From: Selaginella moellendorffii
Taxonomy: Eukaryota; Plantae; Lycopodiophyta
Direction of reading: 5' to 3'
Length of the DNA: 64,000 nt
Assembly (NCBI RefSeq): GCF_000143415.4
Contig: NW_003314314.1
Location: forward strand, 625,771 to 689,770
Part shown: piece after piece, positions 50,019-62,253 of the stretch
Layout: each line of letters begins with the position of its first letter
How positions within the stretch are numbered: the stretch's first letter is position 1
The notes under the pieces: generated by a model
Told to the model about the DNA's origin: nothing
The model's database searches: none
What the model saw: only the letters and a program-made list of their open reading frames with translations
Translations under genes and position numbers: made by a program

Positions 50019-52430
50019 CTAAGCTCGACATGCACTCGTGCCGCCCAATCTCCGCATACATAGCAGCACCGTTGACCCCGCAAAACCCGGGCTAATCCCC
50101 ACCGCGTTCCGTGCCGCCACGGCCCCCCGCTGCGCGTCCCCGTGCACCTTGCAGCACCCCAGCAGCGTGTTCCACGCCACCACATCCGGCTGGAACGGCA
50201 TATTCCTCACCACGTCCTCTGCCCGCCCGACAAACCCCGCCCGCCCCAGCACGTCCACCATGCACTTCCAGTGGTCGGGCCACGCCGCCAGGCAGTGGTC
50301 CTCGACCATGGACACAAAGAAATGCCGCGCCTGGGCGAGCAGGCCGGCATGGCTGCACGAGTTGAGGATGCTGACGTAGGTGACGCTGTCGGGCTGGACG
50401 CCCTCGAGGTGCATGTCGCGGTAGAGGAGGATGGCATATTCGGCGTGGCCGTGGTGGGCGTATCCCGCCACCAGGGAGCTCCACGTCACCGTGTCGCGGG
50501 CTCTCATGTGGTGGAAGGCGGCGCTGGCATCTCCCATGCTGCCGCAGCGCGCGTACATGCTAACCAGCGCGTTGCCCAGGGTGACATTGGTCGTGGATCC
50601 CGCGAGAATCTCCGGATTCACGGCGCATAACTCGGCGTGGATGCACCGCCCCTCGGCGAGCTTGCCCAGGCCAGCGTGGGCGCACAGGAGAATGACAGCC
50701 ATGATGCAATCGGGCTTTAGAATGGAGTCCGAGATGGTGGAGGCCGAGGTGTTAGTGGAGTCCGAGCTCTTCACACTCTTTGTGTACAAACTAGAGTCCG
50801 AGCTCGCAGAGACCGAGCTCCTCAAGCCCGACTCCATGGCCTTCGAGTTCCCAGTCTTCATCTCCGAGAACAATGCGATCGCTTCCTCGTCGTATCCGTG
50901 CTGCACATAAGATCCCATCATCGCGTTCCATGACACCAAGTTCTTCCTCTCGATCCCATCAAACACCCGCCTTGCCTCCTCCAGGCTGCCGCACCGCGCG
51001 TACATGTTGATGAGCGCATTCTGGATCTGGATCTTGAGCATGAAGCTGGAGGAAGCAACGCGAGCGTGGAGCTTTCTCGCGAGGCCGACGTCCCCGACCA
51101 GTGATCCGGCATAGATTACGTTGAGCAGCACCACGCTGTCCGGCTGGATCGACTGCCCGACCATCTTGTCGTAGAGCTCGAGAGCTTTGGATCCATTGCC
51201 GTGAAAGGTGTAAGCAGTGAGCATGGCCGTCCAGGACACGACATTCTTGCCTGGGATTCTTTGAAAAATCCTCTCGGCGGCCTCTAGATCTCCACACTTG
51301 GCGTAGGCAGTGACAAGCGAGTTCTCCACGCTCAAATCCGGAGGAGAGTGCACCGCGGCGAGCTCCAGCTGCGAGTGGATCCGCTTGCACGATCGCAAGC
51401 ACCCAGTGCTCGAGCAGGCACTTAGAACTCCCAGAAAGCTCACATCGTCGGGCTTGATCCCTTCCAAGTTCATACCGTGGAAGAGGCCCATCGCCGAGCA
51501 AGATTGTGCGCTCGCAGCAAAGGCTGCGATCATGCTGTTCCACGAGACCCTGTTGCGATCTTCCATCCTCTGGAACACCGAAAGTGCTTCCTCCGCGCTG
51601 CTACCCTTCGCATACATCGAAACGAGCGCATTCTGGATCGTGATGTCGCCGTGGAGGCCCAGGTCGATCACGGCGGCGTGGATCTTCCTGCCCCGATCAA
51701 GAAATTCCCTGCTGGAGCACGCAGTGATCGCCGCGACGAAGGTCACCGGATTGGGCTGGACGCGAGCTTGGATCATCCCCTCGAGCGTCTCGAGCGCCTG
51801 GCGGCAATCCCCCATCTGGGCAAATGCGGTGATCATCGCAGTCCACGACACTACATCCTTGTGCGGCATCTGATCGAACACCGCTCTGGCCTGCTCGATC
51901 GCTCCACACTTGGCATACATGTTGAGGAGCGCTGTGCCGACGAACACGCTCTTGCGGAGATCCGGGGAGAGAATTCTCGCGTGGATGGCCATGCCCAGCG
52001 CGAGATCCTTGGCGCCGGAGCACGCAGCCAGTGTGCTCACGATCACCATTTCGTTGGGTTCCACATCCATGCGCTGGAAGAGATTGATCGCCTCGCGGCA
52101 ATGCCCCGCCTGCCCGTAGGCCGCGATGATGCAGCTCCAAGACACCACATCTTTCTTGGGCATCTGATCGAAGACTGCGCGCGCGTCCGCGAGGCTGCTG
52201 GTGCCACCACATTTCCTGTACATCTGGATGAGGAGATTACCGAGGTGGACGCTCCGGAGGAAGTGGCCTGTGGCGAGGATGTGATCGTGGACGCGGCGGC
52301 CGTCGGCAAGCGAGCGGGAGATGCCGCAGCGGCGGAGGAGGGATGCGTAGAGGGCCGCAGATGGCGATAGCAGCTGCGAGAGCACATCTCGGATGGATGG
52401 GAGCACTCGCTTGCTGCATTCTTTGCTCAT
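50019..52430 (-). CDS. PLS-class pentatricopeptide repeat protein with truncated E domain and no DYW
   Basis: Repeated NALxxMYAKCG and DVVSWxAMI motifs, then CMVDVLGRAG and MPFQPDVVAWNTLLGCCKVHG. Confidence 0.92.
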   Translation of the reverse strand: MSKECSKRVLPSIRDVLSQLLSPSAALYASLLRRCGISRSLADGRRVHDHILATGHFLRSVHLGNLLIQMYRKCGGTSSLADARAVFDQMPKKDVVSWSCIIAAYGQAGHCREAINLFQRMDVEPNEMVIVSTLAACSGAKDLALGMAIHARILSPDLRKSVFVGTALLNMYAKCGAIEQARAVFDQMPHKDVVSWTAMITAFAQMGDCRQALETLEGMIQARVQPNPVTFVAAITACSSREFLDRGRKIHAAVIDLGLHGDITIQNALVSMYAKGSSAEEALSVFQRMEDRNRVSWNSMIAAFAASAQSCSAMGLFHGMNLEGIKPDDVSFLGVLSACSSTGCLRSCKRIHSQLELAAVHSPPDLSVENSLVTAYAKCGDLEAAERIFQRIPGKNVVSWTAMLTAYTFHGNGSKALELYDKMVGQSIQPDSVVLLNVIYAGSLVGDVGLARKLHARVASSSFMLKIQIQNALINMYARCGSLEEARRVFDGIERKNLVSWNAMMGSYVQHGYDEEAIALFSEMKTGNSKAMESGLRSSVSASSDSSLYTKSVKSSDSTNTSASTISDSILKPDCIMAVILLCAHAGLGKLAEGRCIHAELCAVNPEILAGSTTNVTLGNALVSMYARCGSMGDASAAFHHMRARDTVTWSSLVAGYAHHGHAEYAILLYRDMHLEGVQPDSVTYVSILNSCSHAGLLAQARHFFVSMVEDHCLAAWPDHWKCMVDVLGRAGFVGRAEDVVRNMPFQPDVVAWNTLLGCCKVHGDAQRGAVAARNAVGISPGFAGSTVLLCMRRLGGTSACRA

Positions 52431-53489
52431 AAGCCCTATAAGAATCCAAACAATGATATAGAAATAATTATTTAATTTTATTAGAAAATATTATTTAAAA
52501 TAATGTTTATTATTACGAGTGTTCAGGATATTGGAGTAGATATATTAATTAAGGTTTAAATCCCTCTTTATATATAAGAAGTATGGTAACAGATTCTCAA
52601 AGCAACACAAAAATTATAAAACATTTTGGAGTTCAAAGTTCAAAACTAAGAGTGGAGATATTCTCCACAGATTTGAAAGAGTAAAAGGTTTAGCCACTAC
52701 TCTAGCTTGTAAATGCATTTAGTGTTGAGGATGGCACAAATGGGGTATGCAAGTTTAGTGGGATGTGACAAGAGCTAAAGTTGGCATGCTGATTTGGGAA
52801 GTGATGGCCACGGGTGTTCAGATATTTAGAAAGTGACAAGAGTGAAAGCACATTGGGAAGTATATAATCATTACCATTTTAACAGACAATAAGTGAGGAT
52901 ATATATGGGAAACTTACTCTTGTAGCAATGTGCCTCCATTATACCACCTTAAAAAAATAGACAAAACCCAGTCAACTAAAGGGGTGGAGGAACAGATGGC
53001 TCTTGTATTTTAGGAGAGTGTACAACAATAAGATTTGCTGGTAGTGGTGCCTCCTTGACTCAATTTTACATTTGGCTTGGGGTGGAGATTTGGATATCAA
53101 CATAATTTGAAAGAAATGACCATGATTACTTCTACTTCAAGATTAAGATTGGTTGAAATGCAAAACAATCACATAGAGTAGCTTGTTAAGAGGATGGCAC
53201 ATCTAGTTTTTATATTAGTCCCATTCAAATATAAAGAATATACATACATGTTTATCAATTCAGACCACTCATGCTTGTATATAAACTAGAGTTTTTGGGC
53301 TAATAAGATATATACATTTCTAAATGTCATGCACGCATAGTTTTATATATATATATATATAAGCAATCAAAAGCTTTTATTATGGAAAATGCTTTAATAC
53401 TTTATTATCATTTAATTATATATACAAATCCATCATCTTCCATAGATAGTATTGTTGATTTATGTCTACATCTTTATAATCTTTTATTA

Positions 53490-54187
53490 CTAATTTTTTG
53501 TCTCTAAAAGTCAAAATCAATATCTTTGTTAGTGGTCAGACTTTCCCTTAAAACATGCATTCTCTTCCATGTTAACATTAAATTACAATTTTTCTGAAGA
53601 GTTAATTCATAATATCCATTTGGAGAAACTAGTGAATTCAACATGAGTAAATAGGATCCTATCTCAAATTTTTCACCACTCATAAGTGTAGACCTGTAAA
53701 TCCAACAATTATTAACAGCTGTATTTATAAGTTTTATTATAATTCACAGCAATACTCATAGGGTTATATCTTCTAGCATTTAGTAGTTTGTATTTTATAC
53801 CAACATAATCCAAAGTAGCAGCTATAAGACCATAATTTCCCACTCGAGCTTCTTTTAAGATATCAAATAGAAGCTGATTAAGTTTTCCAATAATTTCTTC
53901 TCCCTGTTCATCTCCATGCCATACTACACATCCCATTAAGATTTTTACTGTATATCCATATTGTAATTTCAATAACTTTATTTGATAAAGAAAGAGTTTC
54001 AGTCCAAGTAGTATTTATATGTTTCTTCGATTTTAGTATCCATCATATCCACTAAAAGCTTTCCAATTTCATTAATATCACTTCTAGTAATAAAACCATA
54101 AAGTGTAAGAGCATCCCAATTTACATCTGCTTGAACAGTCAGATCTGCTAACCTGAGAATCAGTATTAGAACAATAGCTAGCTTCAT
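53490..54187 (-). pseudogene. AT-rich decayed gene for a putative secreted protein with a C-terminal bulb-type (GNA) lectin-like segment
   Basis: Signal-peptide-like MKLAIVLILILRLADLTVQA, a frameshift near 54000, then LVSPNGYYELTLQKNCNLML after in-frame stops. Confidence 0.45.
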
Positions 54188-54429
54188 GTTAAATACACAG
54201 AAATGTCCAAATAAAACATGGCTTTCATCTTGACTTGTTTGTGGTGGTGTTTACAGGAATAGGGTTTTATAGCAGATGAATGGATATTTCCTTATTGAAG
54301 AGGAACCAAATATGGTTATAGCATATACTTTTATTGGCCTAAAATTCACAACATCCGAGCTGATATTTACAGATCTTTGATACTCTTTGATTTACCTGAG
54401 ATTCTGAAGCTTTGCTCAAGCTCATGCTT

Positions 54430-55084
54430 TCAGAACCTTGTATGATCCAACCATTTTGTGCACCAACAAATCAATTGTCCCATCTACAATCATAAACCTG
54501 TCACCTTTCTTCAAGGCCACCGTGTCTCGGAGCTGCCTTTGGCAGTAGAACGAGGCAGCCTCCGGCTCCAGCACGATTCTCAGGGGGATGGAACTAGACC
54601 CCCAATCCCTGCTTTCTTTGCGTACATCTCCATTTCAATGCATCACTCCAGATCGCAGGCACGGTGAGGCACCATCCTACCTCTTCCTCCTGCAAGCTCG
54701 ATCCATAATTGCCGGAGATGCCTGCCAATGAACCAAATGTAATCCACGATAAGCTTCTCCACCGAAAGCCAATCCGGAAGACCTTTTAACGTGCTCTTCG
54801 CGAGCTCACCATCTTCGAGCATGTGCTTGAACTTGGTCACGAAGAAACCCAGCTCCCCTCGGTTGGAAGAAGCCTGGAGAGCGTCCGAATAGGCTTTGAG
54901 CGCGCTCCATCCCCAAGAGAAGTTCCCCCGTTTGTGAGTAGAACAAGCTGGTTTGCGTCTTACAGTAGGGCCTGCTCGCATCTGGCCAGTCATGACATCA
55001 TCAGGATCAGAGCGATGAGAAAAAGGAGAACCCAGAAAACTTAGTCCCGAAATCCAAGCCCACCATCACCTTTGATTCAGCCAT
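54430..55084 (-). pseudogene. HSPA12-like (atypical Hsp70) pseudogene, 5' half
   Basis: Frame-hopping translation gives MAESKVMVGLDFGTKFSGFSF, YCKTQTSLFY, LIVDY, WCLTVPAIWSD, VLEPEAASFYC and FMIVD(G)TIDL. Confidence 0.8.
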
Positions 55085-56723
55085 GACACCTTTCAGTTAA
55101 TTGGAAATCTATGTTTTATTTTCTCGATTTAGCTCTCCGAGAACACACACTCTCTCTCCTAAAATTATCTGGAAAGCTGGGAAACTGTTGCTAATGCTCG
55201 ATATCTTTCACTGTTTTGCAGGAGCAGCAAGAGCAACCTCAGCAGCTCCATGCTGATCTTAGCCTGCCATGGTAACGATGAGAGGCCCGGATCAGTGACG
55301 TGGGATCGGCTGTCGATTCCCCCTTCCTCACGTATGTCCAAAGGTGTTTCTGCCTAGGAAAAGCTACTTTTTGGAGATTTTTGAGACAACAGCACCACTC
55401 ATACCCGAGTATGCGTTTTGGTCTGCAATGCCATCACCCTATGCCATTACACTACATTCCTGGGCCTCTTGGACCGGGGTGATATGCTTCAAGTTGGAAG
55501 CCAACTGCTTGTCAATGAGGTCTACAAGTTTTCCCACCTCCGTCTCCTTTCGTCTTTGGCTGCTTATTTCGTTTTGAATTTATAAAAACGAAGATCCCTT
55601 GATTCCCTGCCCAACCAAGCTGAACCAGGCGCTTAAGTTCCTGTTTATCGGGACCAATAACCTCTCTCTACGTTCACTGCTCGAAACAGAAAAGGAAAAT
55701 GAGAAACACAGAGATGCAACGAAAGCAATGTGCAAGGAACATAGAACACATGAGAAACCCGAAATGGAGAAAAACTACTTGCAAAGAGATTTCTCATTTT
55801 CTCAATTTCTTCTTTGTGTTGATGGTGCCTTTCACCCCCCATCTCTATGGAAGATGCACTCAGCTCAACGCAGTAGAGCTTCTCAGGCTGGTGGTTCCTG
55901 CCAAAGTTGGGCCGCTGTGCAAAATGCTCATCATCTCAGACTAGCTAGGCATGATTCAGGCTTGAATTCAGGTATAGATTAGCCACCTGATCATGAGTGG
56001 GATTGTTAAAGGTTGAAATGCTGTAGCATCTAATTATGCCCACGTGGCAGTAGTTTTTATATATATGTACCCATTCATATATAGTTGAAATAGAGTTCTT
56101 CCTCCTCATGTATGTCTTTCCACTGCTAACATAGTGCCACTCGGTTTTGGTACCTGTTGTCTCCAGAATCTCCAAGAAATGGTATGGCTTAGTTCCAGGA
56201 TGGTGAGTACAAGTTTGAGTTGAGTTATGCAATCCAAGTGGCACCAAACATAGATCAAATGCAATGAGTGGCTTGAATCTGTGCAAAATTTGCAAATTCT
56301 AGCTCCTTCTGGCTACAGGGATGCATAGCAAAAAACATGGGGGGCTGGATTTTGCAAACTAGCTATGCATAGATCTGTTTACTTTGAGATGTGAAATTGC
56401 TCCAAAGTACATCATTGATCCAGGCTGTAAGAGGCTAATGGAATATGGTTTTGACATGAAACATAGAGCTTAGTGTCAATTTACTTTATAATGTTTGTGT
56501 TATATGGTAGTGGCCAAAGCAAAAGCCAAACTAATATAACATGTTTAAACTAGAAGCTCCAATTCAAAAAGTTGAGAGTGGGAGTGAACTCTCAAATAAT
56601 TGTTCAAGGAACAAATACAAATTAAGAGTAACTCTTGAAAAAGGGAAAAGAGAATCATCAACACATGGTAAATATTAAAAGTGTTAAGATTAACTTTGAG
56701 ATAGAGTTCAAGAAGGAGAAGGA

Positions 56724-59700
56724 TGTGAGACACAAAATCCCTAGGCCCCAAAGTGGAGCCGAAAGAGTGCCATGTGGTAGTGGCCGAAGCGAAAGCTAAA
56801 CGAGTGTAACACATTTGGACTAAAAATTCTGATTTGAAAGATCGAGAGCGGGAGTGGAACTCCTAACAACATGCTCGAGGAACAAGCATGAAATAAGCAC
56901 TAAGTGAGTCTTTAGAAAAGGGACACGAGATGAACCCGAGATGGACCCGAGATGGACCTGAGATGGAGTCTAAGATGGACCTGAGATGGAGTCCGAGATG
57001 GAGTCCGAAATTGAGATGGAGGCCCGAGATGGAGTCCGAAGTCGAGATCGAGACTGAGGCCGTGACCGAGACCGAGACCAGGACCGAGACCGAAACCGAG
57101 ATCGGGACTGAGACCGAGACCGAGGCCGAGGCCGAGACTGAGCCCAAGCCTGAGTCCAAGTCTGAGTCCAAGTCCAAGTCCGAGTTTGAGTTCAAGTTCG
57201 AGTCTGAGGGGGTGAAAGCCCAAAGCGTTCGTCTTCCAAACCCTAGGGGGTTTGGCGAGCTCCAAAAGTATAGTAAGGGGGAAGACTCTAGTGGAGCCAG
57301 TTTGGCCAGGAAAGGCTAGTTTTTCCCAAGAAGGTTGTACTCAGGTGTTGGGTGATAGAATAACCACTGGGAAGTCCAAAGCTAAAGTGAATACAAATTG
57401 ACAAGCAGGGTAGTTTGGTGAAGTGTTCAGAAGCTAGCTCTAGTTCCCTTAGGAGATCGAATGGTCGATGCTCCTAGTTCAAGTATGGGTGGCACTACCT
57501 ACTTGGATACCTGGCATGGCTTAACGAAACCTCGCTCTAAGCCCATGGCTAGAGCACCCAAAGGTGGAAGGCGGGAAAAGTACCCATGAGGCTCGCGTAG
57601 GGCCATGGTGTTCCGAAATGTTGTCCCAAAAGCCTAGATTGTGGAAAGGAAGAGGAGTAATCCTCTAGTGTAGTGACCAAAGATACAGTTGGGTGGTGTC
57701 CCAGAGGACCATGGGACTTAATGGTCGGGCCTGTGGGCTTCGATCCAGTGGTAGTGTTGGTGAACATGGCTATGGGCAGAAAAGGATATGGTGGGGACCG
57801 GAAAAGGGATATTAGGGAAGGCTATTCCCATGTCTGTGGGCATCCTAAGGATGCTAAGGGGTGGATCTGGGATGATCACTCATAAACGGATGACCTAGTC
57901 TTTGAGAGACGGGACTGTGATGTAGGTGGTGTCAGACCACTGGTGTGACCAAGGTGAATGGGCATGGCCTTAGTGTAACGGGTTGATATGTCAGTGGTAC
58001 CTTGGGGTGTTGGTCATGGGATTGGACACGTGGAACACTAGACCAAGTGCAACAGTTGAGTGGCATGTATGCCATTTTTGAAGCTAGCAAGTCCCTAAGT
58101 CCAAAATAAGACTTATAGAGGTTGTGAGTGAGACTCTTCCAAATGGTCGGAGGTGTGGTTAAGTGACTAAAGTAAAATGGAAAATTTAGTTGCTTATAAC
58201 TTGATATCGAAGTTGTTCTTTAGTCCAACTTTTATTGGTGCTCAAGTATATCACCACTAGTGTCGGCATTGGAAGGTCCTCAGAGTGGACCTATCCTTGA
58301 GGAGTAGCAAGTTGGGAAGACATGGCTCTCCACTACAATTCAGGTGTGAACTTGTAGGTGAGGTGGTGGATAGAAAAGAGCCAATAATGGAACGACTTTG
58401 GGATCTTGGGAACAGTGCAAGGTTTTCCTCATTGAGTTTAGGATGTAATCTAAATGAGTGTTTGACTCAGCTAATTGGCTAATGTAGTTGTGGTGAACAA
58501 CTATAATTAGGATCATGGGGAAGATAGAAACTCCAAAACGATAAAAGAGCCACAAAATTACCCTTATGAAGTTGAGGCTGGTGCTCATGAATTTGAGACT
58601 AGAATTAATGACCGTGGGAGGTCAAATGTGGATGAGGACATAAGTCCTTGGAATGGTAGCTGGGCTACCTTGAATAAATACTGGAACAACACCAGAAGTT
58701 GGGGGTGTGCTTAGAGGATGAGTCAATATTCTCATCATATGGATGGATAGTCCTAACGAGCGAAGGTAGCCCACAATTATAAAAAAATAGTCAAGTGTTG
58801 GAATAACACTTATAATGGTGGTCTTGGTAAGTAGGACATGAATACAAGAAGTTGTATTCCAATGAGTTGGCACTTCAAAAGTAAGACCTTATAGGTTGGG
58901 GGATTAAGAAAAGTCCAAAAGGCTAAATGACTTAAGTGGAGTCAAGGAATAGTCCTAAATGACTGATGGAAGCATTTGGACTGAGGTGTGTTGTGCCCCA
59001 CAGGGGATGGGGAGGATCATAAGATCCAAGTATGAGAACAGTGGGTATCTCATGAGTGGTAGAATATGCCATATTAAAATCATGGGAAAAGTGTTCCAAG
59101 AAGAAGCAACTTTGATGTAGAGTTGTGTGCGAACACTATGGTGTAGTGCTAATGGATAGTTGGCATGAGAAATGACTAGGTTGGTTTTGGCAAAAACCTA
59201 GACACAAGTGCAAAGTGTCATAAAGGTAGACTCATAGAGTCAATGGTGTGAAGACACCAAATGTGCCAAAGTGTAATACCTTGAAGTTATGTTGATGGGT
59301 TCATGAGAACCCTTTGCCAAGGGAATCCCAATGGAAATAGGAATGGCATAGCCTAAGTTGGAAGGCATGTGGTAGAGTGTGGTGACCCAGATAATGATAG
59401 AGGTGTAGAAGCACTAGGAATGAATTGTAGGGTTTGACAATTATGAGGCAACTAAGTAAGAGGTGCAAAGTAATTGGTTAAATGGGTAGAAGGTAGCTAC
59501 TCAAGACTTTTTAATGGCATAAAAAAGTTAAATATACCCTTATCGGGGATAAATTACTTATGTTGCGATATAGTAAGTCAATGTTGTAAAAAGAAAATGC
59601 TCATTATTAAGGAGGCCATTATTGGGACACCCAAACACTCTAGAACACCAAGAGGTGGTGTTTAGTGTCGCAAAGGCAATAGATAATGCCCAAGGGACTA

Positions 59701-62253
59701 AGTCCCTAGCGAATGATGGATAGAAGGTGCTATCCAAACGTCCAAGGTTGCAGAGACAAGAGAAGACTATCTACCCGAATTTGACAAAGCCAAAATGGAA
59801 TTGTGGCAAGGCTAGCGATGGGCATATAAAAGCCCATAAATAGCAACGTTAATCCCGGTGTGTGGGATTATAAGTTGAGCATACCCGGATTAAGGAACCA
59901 TTCCCTAGGCTATCGGGTAGGTTCATCCCTAAGAATACTTGCTACGGCATAACAAAAAGTGCAAAACTATCCTCCTAGTCTTGAGGAGAATAATTGAAGA
60001 AAATGTGTGAGGCCAAAAGCAAGTAATAAGAGGATAGAACCAAACCATAGGAATCGAATTGCATAACCAAGGGTGGTTATGCCAGTTAGGAGTGGAGAAT
60101 CAAGTGGGTGCTCAAGCATGTTGTTACTAGCAACCGTGATGCCATGGAGAGTCTAAAGTATGGAATTATCCATGTTAGACCATATGACAATTTAAAAGCT
60201 TCCGAAAGGAGAGGCCTTAGCAAGCTAAGGGACAGAGAGTTCCCTCAAAGGTTCCTAATGACACTTTTAGGTAGCTTAGTACCTAGAAAGCCAAGTGTAA
60301 ATGGTTCATAAAACGCGCGAAATCAGAACGGCGCAACAGAAGCGTGGCTTTGAAGTTTGCCATAACGCAATGCTATCAAGGTTGGGGAAGCAATTCCCAA
60401 GTGCTCAAAGGGATGGCTTTGAATGAAAGTCGATGGTCAAGGGCTTTCCCGCTTGTGTATGAAACCATGTTACGTTGGTCGGATGACTTGCTAAGTGAAA
60501 TTGGCAAGTCATGGGAACAAATACCCTAGTTGAAGGAGCTAACTTCAAAGGGGTGGCCCATGGGGCCAAGCATGGAGGAGTCCATGTATGATCACAAATT
60601 TGTCAAGTGAGAGGACTTAGCAGTGTGGAGGAACTAGGTTCCTAAGTTGTGATCTGTAGTGCGTTTTAAGTATAAGTTGGTGCACCGGCGTGGAGAGTCA
60701 CGCTAGGCATCCTATGCGATGCCATTCGTAGATGCATATACGGAGGTTGGGTTTGAGTCTCGACCCTGTAGTGCTTGGGTTCGAGTCCCAAATCACTAGG
60801 GTGTGGTGATAGTTTAGAATATGACGACACTCATTTTTCGGTGGTCATGGACTCTCAGTGAGGAGGCTGGTTTGGGCACACCGCCAAGCAAGGGATGCCT
60901 CAGTGTCATGATGCACAGTTAGATTGCTTAATGCAAAAGCTCGGCATATATAACTTGAACACTTTGGTGTAAGTGGCACCAAGGATGTGGTGAGTGAGAT
61001 GGGGACACCTAATCTCAATTGCTAGGGACCCTTAGCCGTAAGGGTTGACTTGGGTGCACCGCCAAGTGTGGGGGATGCCCTCGGGGTCATGATTAACAAC
61101 TTGAAGGTCTAGAAGACCAAATACTTTTTGGCAACTCTATTAAGGTGCCAAGGTGAGATCACTAGGTGATCTTGTAGCTAAATAAGGACAAGGTCCTTAG
61201 TTGGCTAAGGAATGAAGTTCTTGGTTCAAAGTGTTGATTTGAACTGTTTATGATGGTATGGCTTGGTCAAGATGACCAAGTGGGAAGAGCACCTAAGGAA
61301 AATAAACTGTGTCCATGTGATGGTATAGTGAGTTCGAGGAAAGTAGTCTCTATAAGAGACCCATAGGAGGGTCACTAAATTGGGCAATGAATAAAGTTAT
61401 AATAGAAAATGATAAAGAGATATACTAGGGGTAAACACCCTTTAGACTTGGCAAAACAAAGTCTTTGTTATGGAACTGAAAGAATACTTCGAGAATGGAG
61501 GTATCAATTCGATGTTGTTGGGTGCAACAATCAAGGATAGGAGCAAAAGACTAGTGGCTAAAAAAAGAGCCATGGGAATCATGGGAAAGAATCCAAAAGG
61601 CAAAGTTAGGCTAAGAACACTAATGTGTTAGATGCTAACAAATTGTAGGAAAAACAATGTGTTTTCAATGATGGATTCCCAATTGCTCCGATTTGGCGAA
61701 AGTGGAAGCTCCAAGGGAGGGAGCGGTATGATAGCCAAATGATAGAGCCATGGACAGCCCTAACACAAATTATGATAACTGGAACTTAGTGCTTAAGATG
61801 GCATTAAATAAAAGAGAGGATGATTGTGCCCTCAAGTAGAGAACTTCTTAGGATGGGGAAATGAAATTATACAATATGTGCAATGCAAGGTGTTGGAGAC
61901 ACCTAGGAAATTGACTTTGAGAAGTCAAAAGTAAAAGCTCCAAAGTGCAAAGATTATATTGATGCAAACTAAGATTACTTGAGAAGGAATAGTGGGATTG
62001 AGATACAGACGGTGTCTCTAACAAGTTAGCAAGAACTAAACCAAAAACCACCACAAGTGGTCTAACCAGTCTTTAAGTTGGAGAGACTATGCTCTTTAAA
62101 GGATGGGCAAGGCATGGTGAGCCTTTGGTATCAGACCATTGACGAATATTGGCGAAGTGCCAAGAATGGAAAGGGTTATACATGTTAGTATTACTTTATA
62201 AAATAGTTTATCCTTCAATGAGGACATCGAACTTTGTCTATGTGTGGTGGAGT
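56724..62253 (+). mobile_element. Highly degenerate LTR retrotransposon (probably Gypsy): LTR-like repeat plus eroded internal region
   Basis: Starts with TG directly after the purine tract aagaaggagaagga. The first 1.2 kb is repeated at 62254. The internal region has no long ORF. An older fragment of the same repeat lies at about 56500-56660. Confidence 0.55.

Noticed and set aside
54430-55084. Functional link between the Fic gene and the Hsp70-like gene, since FICD modifies BiP
   Set aside because: The genes are 32 kb apart, the Hsp70-like gene is a pseudogene, and it is not BiP-type.
62126-62135. tggtatcaga, resembling a tRNA-iMet primer-binding site
   Set aside because: It is not positioned directly after a recognisable LTR end.
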